Below the pieces are notes generated by a model. That model ran no database searches, was not told the origin of the DNA, and was given only the letters and a program-made list of their open reading frames with translations. From assembly GCA_965644265.1 (NCBI GenBank), contig OZ286469.1:75206001-75270000 (forward strand): 64,000 bases of DNA. Reading direction: 5' to 3'. The translations under genes and the position numbers were made by a program. The DNA is from Glycera tridactyla (taxonomy: Eukaryota). Each line of letters starts with the position of its first letter. Position 1 is the stretch's first letter. Below, piece after piece: positions 25,501-38,022 of this stretch.

Positions 25501-28500
25501 CGTATCAGAAACACTGAATGATATGATATTCTCCGAGACTAGTTAATGGCCTAAGAAATGACAGTGATGTACACTGATCAAGCTGGAAAACTGTGTTAGC
25601 GCCAAAACAATATTTCCTGTAGCGAGATTACTTCAATTTCGCCATCACTTTCATTCCAAACTGGTGTATTGCGTTCAAGGCATGGAATATCGGGATTTTC
25701 TAGCCCTCATATCATATATGGAACACATTTCTCTCGACCATGTGAGCTATATGAGAAGATTGAGTCCCCATTTTCATTTGCTTCATCCTAAAACCTCATC
25801 AAGTCCGACTTAAGACTCATAACTTTGATTAGCCAGCTGCCAGATATACAAGGTCCTGGTTGACTGCCTAATGGCTGGTACTGATGCAGACAACTCTCTT
25901 CAGTCATCACTGGGCGTGAACCATCACACTAATTGCTAGTTTTGCCCTTCAGTCAAAGCGCCTAATTTCCAGAGCGAGGTGAGCAGTGCCACATAAGCTA
26001 CACCTCTACAATCGCGTGCCAAATGTTCCCAGGACCTTTGGCACGCCAAAGGAAAAGAATAGGGCCTCTGTGTTTCCCTACATGTTATGAGAGGCGACTA
26101 ACTGGGAGTCCAGTACATGCAGACTGGAATATCAAAGGCCAGCCATTGTGAAGAAGTCTGTTCCAATATACAAGTAAAAGAAACATTGCTGCCTTTCGCA
26201 GAGTCGGGACTGCCGCCGGTAGCGGTGCCTCTTTTCTTTGGCATTTTCAGATTTTCAAGGAGGTTGCAAGGACGTTAAACTCAAACAAACAAACCGTTAC
26301 AATATCAAGCTGTCTGAAAATCACCACGTCATCCTGACGTGGTTGGAATCAGCAATACACAGAGCAATTATCATTGGTCACAGCTCATCCATTCCCGGGT
26401 GAGACGTGCGATTAGCCCGCTGAATTATTAGGCAATGGTTGATTGCTTAGTAGTGTAATTCTGTAGAAAATTCAATGATGATGAACCTCATCACACAGAC
26501 ACACGCGCGCTCGCACGCACGCATGCACACATGCATGCATGCACACATGCATGCACGCACGCACATCAGTCCCCATTTCATTCAGAGACTGACCTGTCGT
26601 TGGAGTTGATGAACCTCATCACACAGACATACGCGCGCTCGCATGAACGAACGCACGCACGCACGCATGCATGCACATCAGTCCCCATTCCATTCAAAGA
26701 GACTGACCTGTTGTTGGAGTTGTGCCACCCTCCATCAAATTACCGCACAATTCCACACGGTTAGCACCTGAAAGATGAATATTACTTGGAGCAACAAGGG
26801 GTAACATGTGAAAATTAAGGACAAGTTGACAACGAATACGACGACAATGACAATGAAAACAAGTTTCAATGTTGGAGTTAAGATAATGGGCATACACGAA
26901 GGGTTGTAATGGTTGGTTGTTTTCCATCTTGTTGACACCGACCTGGCTATGTTGAGATATCCATGGCAAGGACATGTTAAGTGGGATCTATCAAGACCCC
27001 TCCTGTTAGGTCCCAAACAGAAATTGAAAATCAATGGAATTCGCAGGAACTCAATGAGTCATTTCTGAACCCACCCTGCATGCCTGTACAGCTGGCTTTG
27101 AATACATTACAGTTACCTATGATGCACCATGGGCGTATATTGAAGGTGTGGGTGGCGGTAGTGTTTCGATGATCACCCGATTGGATCGATTACTGCATCG
27201 TTGAGACGTCCTATCTGATTGTCGCCCGCCCTGAAGGCGGGCGATCTCGAATACGGGGTTAGTTCTGGCGTATGAGAGCCGTCATTAGTCATGGAGGCTT
27301 TTCAGTGTGTCAAGCACTCAAAACGTTTGAGAAATCCCATACTGAATTCTCTCTATTACGAGTCAGCAGTAGGAATGGGTACCAGTCTACTGTACGAGAG
27401 TTCGCTACCATCAGCTTGAACTGAACTACCTCCCGAACAGCGTCACGTTCAGGGTCGTTTGCACACTTCTAGTTCTACCTACTAACACTATGTGGCACTT
27501 CATGATTATTTTTTTTGATCAACGAATCCAATGATTCTCAGTGCATAAATGGATAGCTGGAAGGAGGGAAAAGAGGATGGATGTATGGATGGATGGATGT
27601 ATGGGTGGATGGATGGATGGATGGATGGAAGAAGGGATGTATGGATGGCTGGGTGGGAGAATGGATNNNNNNNNNNNNNNNNNNNNNNNNNNNNNNNNNN
27701 NNNNNNNNNNNNNNNNNNNNNNNNNNNNNNNNNNNNNNNNNNNNNNNNNNNNNNNNNNNNNNNNNNNNNNNNNNNNNNNNNNNNNNNNNNNNNNNNNNNN
27801 NNNNNNNNNNNNNNNNNNNNNNNNNNNNNNNNNNNNNNNNNNNNNNNNNNNNNNNNNNNNNNNNNNNNNNNNNNNNNNNNNNNNNNNNNNNNNNNNNNNN
27901 NNNNNNNNNNNNNNNGATAAATGGATGGATAGATGGGAGAATGGATGGATGGAAGGAAGGAAGGATGGTTGGCTGAATGGATGGATGGGTGGATGGGTGG
28001 ATTGATGGATTGAAGGAAAAGAGGAAGGATGGATGGATGGATGGATGGATGGATGGATGGATGGATGAACGAATANNNNNNNNNNNNNNNNNNNNNNNNN
28101 NNNNNNNNNNNNNNNNNNNNNNNNNNNNNNNNNNNNNNNNNNNNNNNNNNNNNNNNNNNNNNNNNNNNNNNNNNNNNNNNNNNNNNNNNNNNNNNNNNNN
28201 NNNNNNNNNNNNNNNNNNNNNNNNNNNNNNNNNNNNNNNNNNNNNNNNNNNNNNNNNNNNNNNNNNNNNNNNNNNNNGGATGGATGGGANNNNNNNNNNN
28301 NNNNNNNNNNNNNNNNNNNNNNNNNNNNNNNNNNNNNNNNNNNNNNNNNNNNNNNNNNNNNNNNNNNNNNNNNNNNNNNNNNNNNNNNNNNNNNNNNNNN
28401 NNNNNNNNNNNNNNNNNNNNNNNNNNNNNNNNNNNNNNNNNNNNNNNNNNGATAAATGGATGGATAGATGGGAGAATGGATGGATGGATGGATGGATGGA

Positions 28501-28569
28501 AGGAAGGATGGGTGGCTGGATGGATGGATGTGTGGATGGGTGGATTGATGGATTGGAGGAAGAAAGGAA

Positions 28570-28603
<34 letters not shown>

Positions 28604-31018
28604 ATGGATGGATGGGTGGATGGATGGATGGATGGATGGGTGGATGGGTGGAAGAAAAGGTGAGTGGATAAATGGATGGATAGATGGGAGAATGGATGGA
28701 TGGATGGATGAAAGGAGGATGGGTGGCTGGATGGATGGATGTGTGGATGGGTGGATTGATGNNNNNNNNNNNNNNNNNNNNNNNNNNNNNNNNNNNNNNN
28801 NNNNNNNNNNNNNNNNNNNNNNNNNNNNNNNNNNNNNNNNNNNNNNNNNNNNNNNNNNNNNNNNNNNNNNNNNNNNNNNNNNNNNNNNNNNNNNNNNNNN
28901 NNNNNNNNNNNNNNNNNNNNNNNNNNNNNNNNNNNNNNNNNNNNNNNNNNNNNNNNNNNNNNNNNNNNNNNNNNNNNNNNNNNNNNNNNNNNNNNNNNNN
29001 NNNNNNNNNNNNNNNNNNNNNNNNNNNNNNNNNNNNNNNNNNNNNNNNNNNNNNNNNNNNNNNNNNNNNNNNNNNNNNNNNNNNNNNNNNNNNNNNNNNN
29101 NNNNNNNNNNNNNNNNNNNNNNNNNNNNNNNNNNNNNNNNNNNNNNNNNNNNNNNNNNNNNNNNNNNNNNNNNNNNNNNNNNNNNNNNNNNNNNNNNNNN
29201 NNNNNNNNNNNNNNNNNNNNNNNNAATGAGGGAAGAAGGAAGGAAGGAAGAAAGGATGGGTGGATGAACAAAAGGATGGGTGGATGGAGGGAAGGAGGGA
29301 TGGATGGATGGATTGGTGGAAGGATGGATTGATGGGAGAATGGATAGATGGATGGATGAAAGAATGGATGTGTGAATTGATCGAAGGGAGGGAGGAAGAA
29401 AGAAAGAAAGGAGGAAAGAAGGATTTGTAGATGAATGGAAGGAATTCCTAACTGGTGGACGAACTGCATGACTGAATGACTGACTGACAGAAGGACTGAC
29501 TGCCCAAAGGACTCCTTCCTGCATTCCAGTAGAAACAAATATATTCGCGGGCGAATATGATGCCTTGCATCATGTTGTTCTTGTTAAGATATACGACGCG
29601 AGTTGATAATCGATTAGACAATCGAGGACTTTCAGTGGTTAAATAGAATGACCGCAGACAATCCTGCTATCGTCAGCACAATTATATTCGTTATCTCGTA
29701 AATCTCCAAATGTAACGTTAGATATTCCATGGACGTATAATGTCGGTCCGTGGATATTCCTGCAATCGCTCAAATTACACGGAAAATGAAGGTGGGATTG
29801 TGATGGTCAGTACACGGAGATTACCAGGAGCAAGTTCAATAATTTTCCAATGGATGTAATTCCCAGCTCATTCCTGGGTCACTGCACAAGTGAGTTGCAG
29901 ATCAGAGACCAATTGGGTGTATGGTCCAACAGGACAAACATTTTTTCCTGATAGAAGTGGCAAGTGTTTATATTTTTAGATTGTTTTTTTCAAACACAGC
30001 AGTCTTTGTGGATTTCATACATTTTTACCCTCCATTGGATCTCTAGAATTGGGAGACTTGAATATTCCCATCCATTATTTGGTTCATGTATGTCATGAAA
30101 ACTTATAATATTAATAATACATCACAGGCATTTTCTTTGATCATATATCACAAGTATTTCCTTTCATCAGACTTCCCACATAACAGGGGTATGTGTGACA
30201 GCTGTAGTTAGCACCTCTGATGGAAGGTGTCATGAGTGTGAGTTGCTGTCACCCATGGAGGTGTCATGAGTGTGAGTAGCTGTCACCCTTGGAGCGGGGG
30301 GGGGGGGGGGTACTCACCCGAAATTCACCCGTGGGGGCTCCCTGTCGCGTTTAAAAATGCACCCCACGGGATCGGCCCTTCTCCAAAAAAGGACCCTATG
30401 GGATCGGCCCTACCCAGAGAAATTGACCCCATGGGATCGGCCCTACCCAGACAAATTCACCCTATGGGATCGGCCCCACCCAGAAAACTTGACCCTACGG
30501 GATCGCAGGGTGATAGCCAGCCAGCCGAAACAGTACCTCTACAAGTTTGTGGTGATGGTTGAATTCAAGATAATTACCCAACTAATTGATTTGACATGGA
30601 TTGAGTTTTGAGTTGTGTGTTTGTTTACCAAATTTGATGCCCTGGAGAGTAGTATCAATTGACTAAGGAGCTTAAGGAATGGCCTACTGGGCACCCTGTT
30701 GATTTAGGAGGCTGCCAGTTGGACCCCATGGGATCGTTTCACTCATCACCAGGGGCCTGTTTTACTAGTCCCCCTAATTGTGTGTTTAAGGAGACTTAGT
30801 CTACCTAAATTCACGTTAGGGGGATTGCCGGGTTCTTCCATATAAATATACACAATTACAATCTAGACAATTGTTTTTTTTGTTTGTTTGTTGCCAATAC
30901 ACTCAGGCTCATTCTGCCTCGCATTAATACACATCTCACACTTGCATGCATACATACTGTTTCACACTCACCTGTATATACACACTTACACACTCTCACC
31001 CACACACACACACCCATC

Positions 31019-31055
<37 letters not shown>

Positions 31056-34000
31056 AGATCAATACCTGTGTAGTTTGTGGAGGGAAGGCCGGAACCTTAC
31101 CTGAACCTGAGGTTAGTTTCCTGTGGAGCCAGTCGTATCCTCTAGTGCTTTGAGGCCTTCAGCGCAGAACTTTCCTAAGGCAAAAGCTATATGTTTGGTT
31201 GGAGCCTTCAGGGTTTGGCAAAATTTAGCGGTGCGGTCAAGGTTGCTGTAACCTGGTATGTTTTCTTCACAGATTTTGGATAAAGGTAAACGGGCGTGAG
31301 TGAGTTTGGAGCAATCTAATATAAAATGCATTTCATCACCAATTTCTTTCGGACAAAAGTGGCAAAAACGGAGGTTGGCTAGGATGTTTGTGTATCATCC
31401 TTTCTCTATTTCTAGTCTATGGGAACTGAGGCGCAACCTGGAAATTGCTTTGCGGGCATGTGAGTTACTGATGAGGAACAGGTATGGTTCTGGTATGAAG
31501 GAATCTTTTAACATTGCATATTTGCGCATTGTGTTGCCTTGCCCTGGGAGACGTCCCTGAGGAGAGTTTAAGGCTGACATACTCAATGAGACATAATAGT
31601 CTCTAAGAAGTTCCGTGGAGTGTGTTAGATCTATATCACGAGCTGCATTAGGGTCATCAACATTGGCATCTAGGTTGATCGAGTTGAAGATATTTTGGAT
31701 GTAGGTGGCCCAAGAGTAAATATTTTTGGAGTGTTGGTTAATGGCACAATGTAGGGCTTCCTTGGCAAGGGTGTTGTCTAGGGACATGATTCGGGCCCAG
31801 TTTTTGATACTTTGTAATTTGATGCAATATTCAAGTGGGAGATGGGCAACTTCCAGGCGGGTGGCATTGCTACTGGTTGTTTTACGGACTCCCAAGATAG
31901 ATTTTATATATCTGGTGTGGGTACGCTCAAATGGAGTGGAGTCTATGGAGTGTAGGAAGTCAAATGTTCTATTATTGCGCGATGCTCTTGCTAAACTCAT
32001 GGTACGTTTACTGTCAACGTCCATGAGCCAGATATCGGCATTATATGTTAGTATAGGTCTGACTAGAGAATTAAATAGTCTAAGTGAGGCGGACGTGAGT
32101 AGCGTGGCCTGTTGGGTGAGGGACCTCATCTTGAAGATTGCTTTTAGACCTTTGTGGCTCAGCGTGGCCATAGCATCTGAGAATGACCCTCGGCTGTTGA
32201 TTTCAATGCCGAGGTAGTTGTATTTTTGGCATGATGGCAAGGGAATGTTATTGTAGGTGAATGGGTGTGTTATAGGTTGGTTACTTTTTGAGAAGGTCAT
32301 TGTATTAGACTTAGAGAAGCTGAGATTTAGGCGCCATTTGGAGTTGAACTGGGCTAGTTGTTCCAGTGAGTTCTGTAGACCATCTTTGGAGGTTGAGAGA
32401 AGGATGAAATCGTCTGCCAACAGGAGGCATGGGACCGGAGTATCTACCAAGTGGGGAGGGGCACATTCATCGTCAAAAATTTCTGGCATGTCATTTATGT
32501 AGACATTGAATAGGGTCGGGCTCAAATTGTCCCCTTGTTTGACCCCTAGCTCGCTAGAGAATTGCTCACTTCGCCCACTGCTGAATTTCAGTTGGCTTGT
32601 CGTTTCACAGTACATGCTCCTGATTAGATTGATACATGAGTGGCCCACTCCAAGCTTTTGTAATTTATATATTAGGCCAGGTCTCCATACAGTGTCAAAA
32701 GCTTCTGCATAGTCGATGAAGCATGCATATAATTTCCCACCAGGGGGGCAAGGTATTTTTCTATGAGGGTCTTGAGGATGAGCACGGGATCAGAGGTTCT
32801 GCGGCCAACTGTAAAGCCATGCTGGAACAGGTTTAGTTTAGTCTTGAGTACCTGTAGGATCCTCTCATCGACAATGCTGTTGAACAGTTTGGACAAACAG
32901 TTTGTGAGAGAGATGCCATGATAGTTGGCTGGGTCAAGGGGGTTGTCTTTCTTGTGGATGAGGATCAGGTTGGAGTTGTTCCATGTTGTAGGGTACTTGC
33001 TATCTCGCAAAATACAGTTGAATAATTTGTGCAATGAATTTTGAATTTGAATTTGAAAAACTTTATTAGACTCTGGATTGGGGTGGCTAAGTGACCATAT
33101 TTCCCCATCAAGAGTATAAACACAACATAATACAATGTAACAATACAACATATATACATAATTACACATATGAGCAAAAGAAGAAAGGGTAAGTAGAAAA
33201 TAAAAACGGTCATTGAGAAAGTACTAATTGGAAAAACTTTGTGTCAATGCATCAATTGATTTAAATTACTGATAGCAAGTAATAATAATTCCACAGTCAC
33301 ACAGGTTTAAGTACATGTACTAGTAAAATGCTTGAAAACTTTATGTAAACAGTACCAATTCTTATTAGAAACAAATGGATTAGCTTCAGATTGAGAAGGC
33401 ATACTAGTTGGTATAGCTTCATGTAAATGCATCAGACATGTACTATTATAGCTAGTGAGAAATAACACTTCAGCAGATATACTTATATGTACAACAAAGT
33501 TGTTTGCGAACTTTATATAACCAGAGCTAATCATAAATGGAGCAACAAGACTAGCTTCAACTAGAGCATATAACAGGCTAGTTAGGTAACATACTATACA
33601 CATCAATATATGAACATGAATAATGCTTATATGCAAATCAAATACATTCAAGTAAGAGCATCCGCTTCAAGTTAGTGCTTGAAGTGCACTGCTATATTTG
33701 AGTAGGAGAAGTCACATCGAGTCAATGCTAAGAAAGCATTGTTATATTTATATTCAATTGAACAGATTAGCAATGTATTCATGAATCACCACAGTATGAG
33801 TGGTAAGGTTAGGCAAAAACAGTGTATAAGGCTACATTAGAGATTGTGATAATGAAATTTCAGTTGTGCATCTCTGATATTGTCATCAAGCTGGTATTCA
33901 GAGTCATATTTCATTTGATAAAACCAGTTTGTGAACCTAGATGAAATTCTAGGACATTATACCATTAGACTTAGGTAAGTTCAAATGTAATTCATGAAGT

Positions 34001-37000
34001 CAAAAATCAAAACCGCAGAGCCATTTTGCATATCAAAAGTAAGAAAACGTGGTAGTTATCACAAAAGGCTTAGGCTTTTTTCAAGTCTTCATAGATAAAA
34101 GGCTTTTAATTTCGATTTGAAATTATCAATAGAAGGGGTGGTACGTATGTCTAAAGGTAGCTTATTCCACAGGGTACCGCTTTTTATAAAGAAATTCGCA
34201 TCAGCACATTTTAATATAGTTCTTGGGATTTTCAGTAACCCACTGGTACAGGATCTCGTGCAGTATTTAGTATGAGGTAGTGCTATAGGCTGGTATTTCT
34301 CTTGATAAATAGTATGAAGTCTAGAAGAACAATTGCCATTGATTATTTTATATAATTCACAGAGAGAATGTATTTCCCGTCTATCATCAAGAGCTATAAA
34401 ACCACTATGCTTAAGCAAGACACTTGATGAAGTACGTTTGTCTTTGCATAATACTGCTCTGAGACAGTTGTTATACGCTACATGCAATCTAGCTTTGAGC
34501 TGTGCACCAAGGCCAACAAGCAAGACATCAGCATATTCAAAAAGTGGCACAATTAACGCCTGTGTCAGGTGTTTAGCAAGTGGTGTATCATTATAATTAC
34601 GCACTCGCCATAATAAACCAGTGCGTGACTTAACCTTGCAAACTATTCGTTCAACATAATCTGCAAACGTGAGTTGGCAGTCTAACATGACTCCCAAATA
34701 TTTAAACATAGCCACACGTTCAAAACCCAGCACTAAGTTGTCATTTGAGGTAATCGTTGCCAATTTTTGTCTGGTCCCAAATTGCATGTATTTGGATTTT
34801 CCACGGTTCAGTGTGAGTCGATTTTTAGAGAACCATGTTTTCAGGGCATTGATATCAGGTCCTAATTTCGACAAAATAGAATATTCATCTGATCCAGTGG
34901 CAAGGATAGCGGTATCATCCGCATACATGAAGATTTGGGAATTATTGATAATTTTAGGAATGTCATTGATGTAAAGTACAAACAGAAGGGGCCCAAGGAT
35001 GGACCCCTGAGGCACCCCGAGACTGATTTCACAAGGTAATGATATTTCCGTTCCAAATTTTGTGCACTGTATTTTTTCATGCAAATACGATTCAAACCAT
35101 GTTAGTGCTGAGTTTCTGAAACCAAGATATTTAAGTTTCGACAGAAGAAGTGTATGATCAACGGTATCAAAGGCTTTTGTCAGGTCCAGGAAGACCACCC
35201 CACAAGCAAGACCACTATCCATAGCTTCAAAAATTGTATTACAATACATCGATCATCACTGGCGCACTCGTTTTATAATTTCATTGGGGACCAGGTCTGG
35301 GCCGCAGGCTTTCTGGGGCTTCAGCTTACTAATGGCAGTTCAGATTTCTTTGTAGTTTATTGGTGAGTCCGTGATGGGGTTTGTGTCAGCGGGATTTCAA
35401 AGTGCCCTGCTTGCTTGAAGTATGTCAAGGTGTATGTCCTTGAGGGGGGTGTCATCTTTGGCCAAGGCAGAAAAGTATTTGATAAAGTCTGGGATGTTTG
35501 GTGGGTCCTCACATGGTTGAGTAGTTCGGAGTTTCGAAAGAGTTCCCCAAAATTCTTTGGTTTGTTTGGGAGAGAGTGAGTTGAGCTCATCAATTATGCT
35601 CTCATTGAATTCCCTACTTTTTTTCTTTTTCTCTCTTTTGGCAAGTCGGCACAGTGCATGGAAGTGTTCCCTGATCGAGTCACCAATGGAGGTGGCTCAG
35701 GATAGGGATCAATACTGGAGCACCGCCATCTAGTGGCAGGTCAGTGAAAGTGTGCTCATTTACATAACAATGCCGTTCGTATCGGCGCTAGAGCCGCGAG
35801 TGTGCGCTTCCTATCCCTGTAATTATACAAGTACACAGCGACAAGGACACGATGATTGCCGACTTCAATGATGTTCATGTAATGAGAGGGGAGATTTGAC
35901 ATCAGATTATAAACAGGGAAAGAATTATGTTTTCGTGATATATATATTGAATGGCTGTAACGTTAGGAACATTCAAAGTTTTTCGCACTTGATCTCTGAA
36001 TTGAAATGAAATGAAATATAATTTATTTGTACTGGTCATATAGCAAAAACACTCAATTTCCGTATATGGGCTAATCTGTCATTCCTGCATATTGCTATGA
36101 TATTCTGGTCACAATTAATCAATGTGTTCCAAGTCGGTGCTTTCAGATATATATCACGAGGAGTGCTCCTAACAACTTGGAAAGTACCAGATTTGATGTT
36201 TCGGCAGCTTAAATTGACATGGCACCGGCAGTAATGCTTCAGGGTGTTCGGTTCAACAAAAGATATAATGTTCTCAAAAAGTATTATTTATTATAATTGT
36301 GTGTCAACAATGACAGAGTGCGATTTCAGTTGCGAAAAACGTTAGCGTACTTTACTCGAGCTTGGGACCCTGTCGCACAGGCGGTCGGAACGATGATCGC
36401 GGTGGATGCTAAGTAAAATAAAATGAGAAGGTACTACACTCGGCCGGGATCCGTCTCCCGCGGATTTTCTCCTTAGCACCTTGACCCCAAGTTTCGACTT
36501 TGATTAGATGAATTAAAACAGGAATCGTTCACTCAATCATGTTCCTATAACCCTTCTTGCAACCACCAGGTCTGTATTGACTCGGCACCTTGAAGTTTTC
36601 ATTCAAGAAATGTGTGTGTGAAATTTGTGTTGGGATGTTTACTCTGGATTTGGACCAGCATGCAATGCGAAATTCTCCTGGTACCCTCTCACCCATGTTC
36701 ACTGGGGGGTTCTTGTAGCATGACAGGGATTCGGCCATCTTGGATTCATGAACTATCTGAAATTAAATCTGCCTGCTCCTAGTCGATTTACATGAAATTG
36801 GAGGGGCACAGGACATTATTGACTGGTTATGTACGTAGATAAATTTGTTTTCTACAGTCTCATGCGAGGAGGGACATTTTTGGTGCTCATTTAACAATGA
36901 AATCCAGCTTGTACTTGGACAAGTCAGATAAGCTGCCCAGCTCCGATCGCCGAGTGTAGCACCTTCTCTCATTCACTACCCTACTTGCAACTCGATCCGC

Positions 37001-37835
37001 GCATCTGTGCCCTGTCGGCCACAGTCCCGACAAGGAAGATTTCGCCCGTGGTTCAGGGCTCGGGTCCACCAAGTATATAAGATAAAATAAATACTTTATT
37101 GACACCTAATCCATATACTGACATCGGTACTACAGTGAACAAAGAACTACACAAAACATAATCATGAAACATAATACAAGTAATTAGAAAATACTGAGGG
37201 GATTTATACAGACTCGAATTGGCATACATTCATCAATTTATCATTACCAGTATTTGCATATATTGCACAAGAAAAAAAAATGATATAATACATATGGAGT
37301 TACAATTATCTTCCTTTCCTTCCCAGACACTCACACATACACACATACTGTCACACAATCAAACGCTCGATTATCACCTGATTATATATCGCCACTTTCG
37401 CTTTCAGCAACACGTGGTATGACGACAGGGCATCTTCACCAATGACCACCTGGGCAATGGATCAGCTCACAGTCTGAGTCAGCTCGAAATATGGCCGGTG
37501 AGGTGGGGCTGAATGCTGCCATTCTTAAATTGTTTGACACTAGTCAAAGAACTCATTGACGTTCTTTGCACTAGTAAATCGAGGTCCCAATAAAGAACTG
37601 GTGTCTGAGACCTGGCTGAATTACGCTGAACCGCCAGTTCCCCTTGGAGCCGTAAGGGGGCGTGACTCGCAAAGCACAGCAAGCGACACTCGGCAGCGTG
37701 GCAGTCTTTGTGTAACCCGCAGCATTTGTTTGCAAGAAAACCTTGGTTGTGACAAAGAAAACTGTGTGAATAAGAGAACCTACCCCCTTGTTGTGCGTTG
37801 AGCGTCGACTCTACGCTGTCAACGCAAACCTCCAT
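22280..37835 (-). CDS. CUTC: Copper homeostasis protein CutC homolog, 8 coding exons, 744 nt, 247 aa
   Basis: Exons 37784-37835, 26708-26767, 25100-25268, 24538-24578, 24241-24276, 23781-23914, 22907-22934 and 22280-22503 join in frame with GT-AG boundaries. CutC motifs [52 protein letters not shown] and PGGGI are present. Confidence 0.95.
22907..22934 (-). CDS. CUTC: CUTC exon 7 (AKDRIIVVP)
   Basis: 28-nt micro-exon; TTACAG| and CAG|GTAAGT boundaries. Confidence 0.85.
23781..23914 (-). CDS. CUTC: CUTC exon 6 ([28 protein letters not shown]...INR)
   Basis: 134 nt; RVLTSG motif; TTTTCAG| and CGG|GTGAG boundaries. Confidence 0.93.
24241..24276 (-). CDS. CUTC: CUTC exon 5 ([12 protein letters not shown])
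   Basis: 36 nt; PVTFHR motif; TTTGTAG| and G|GTAAGC boundaries. Confidence 0.9.
24538..24578 (-). CDS. CUTC: CUTC exon 4 ([14 protein letters not shown])
   Basis: 41 nt; frame-compatible with both neighbours; CCAG| and G|GTGAG boundaries. Confidence 0.85.
25100..25268 (-). CDS. CUTC: CUTC exon 3 ([28 protein letters not shown]...GILN)
   Basis: Core CutC motif; 169 nt; ACTAG| and AG|GTAGGT boundaries. Confidence 0.95.
26070..26298 (+). mobile_element. SINE-like family C, representative copy (about 5 copies)
   Basis: GACTGG.ATATCAAAGGC...GGTAGCGGTGCCTCTTTT...GGA(C/T)GTTAAAC plus (CAAA)n. Other copies near 4670-4885, 9630-9690, 44770-44965 and 55625-55840. Confidence 0.8.
26475..26720. repeat. 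Tandem duplication (114-bp offset) with (GCAC/GCAT)n that copies the CUTC exon 2 donor
   Basis: GAGACTGACCTGT.GTTGGAGTTG occurs at 26585-26608 and 26699-26722. Confidence 0.85.
26708..26767 (-). CDS. CUTC: CUTC exon 2 ([20 protein letters not shown])
   Basis: 60 nt, phase 1-1; TTTCAG| and CAG|GTCAGT boundaries. Confidence 0.92.
27550..29500. repeat. About 2-kb (GGAT)n satellite with N runs, in CUTC intron 1
   Basis: Directly visible; N runs at 27667-27915, 28076-28277, 28290-28450 and 28762-29224. Confidence 0.95.
30295..30800. mobile_element. Non-autonomous DNA element with a 33-bp subterminal minisatellite
   Basis: Poly-G-TACTC end; five units of GACCC(C/T)ATGGGATCGGCCCTACCCAGA.AAATT at about 30359-30515; one further unit near 30721. 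Confidence 0.55.
30865..35700 (-). mobile_element. 5'-truncated RTE-X-like LINE (RT plus C-terminal CCHC), interrupted by an L2-type insertion
   Basis: 35251-35700 encodes [31 protein letters not shown]; the element resumes at 33040 with [36 protein letters not shown], then [30 protein letters not shown] and [18 protein letters not shown]. Frameshifts are present. The clade call is tentative. Confidence 0.8.
33041..35250 (-). mobile_element. 5'-truncated L2/CR1-type LINE with uninterrupted 386-codon RT ORF (34089-35249)
   Basis: [41 protein letters not shown]; about 1 kb 3' region ending in AATAAA (33067-33062) plus a (TTCAAA)n tail. Confidence 0.9.
36340..37075. mobile_element. Non-autonomous DNA element with diverged inverted arms
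   Basis: ATGAGAAGGTACTACACTCGGC (about 36423-36444) is nearly complementary to GCCGAGTGTAGCACCTTCTCTCAT (about 36949-36972); internal GGCCATCTTGGATT motif. Confidence 0.5.
37784..37835 (-). CDS. CUTC: CUTC exon 1 ([17 protein letters not shown])
   Basis: First in-frame ATG at 37835-37833; donor GGGG|GTAGGT. Confidence 0.88.
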
Positions 37836-38022
37836 TTCCTTCAGAAGAAAGCGCGGTCTTGAGCAGTTGAGTCCCAGGGGTGAACTTGGGATATCTCCAG
37901 CCTCGTTTTGACACGACGTCCTAAATATAGATTGGGGAAGCCGTCCCTCGAGGTCGCACGTAGGCTGGCGTTTCGCAGACACTTGTCACGCTTTCGTCGC
38001 CCGATCAACAACTGTCATCAAA
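37836..38022. promoter_or_regulatory. Bidirectional promoter and 5'UTRs shared by CUTC and COX15
   Basis: 187 bp between the divergent ATGs; visibly CpG-rich compared with the CpG-poor introns. Transcription starts are inferred, not seen. Confidence 0.75.

Noticed and set aside
27506-29538. Long ORFs of 412-672 aa
   Set aside because: Translations of (GGAT)n plus N runs; no coding signal.
30359-30515. 33-bp repeats resembling a CRISPR array
   Set aside because: The units are contiguous with no unique spacers, the genome is eukaryotic and there are no cas genes.
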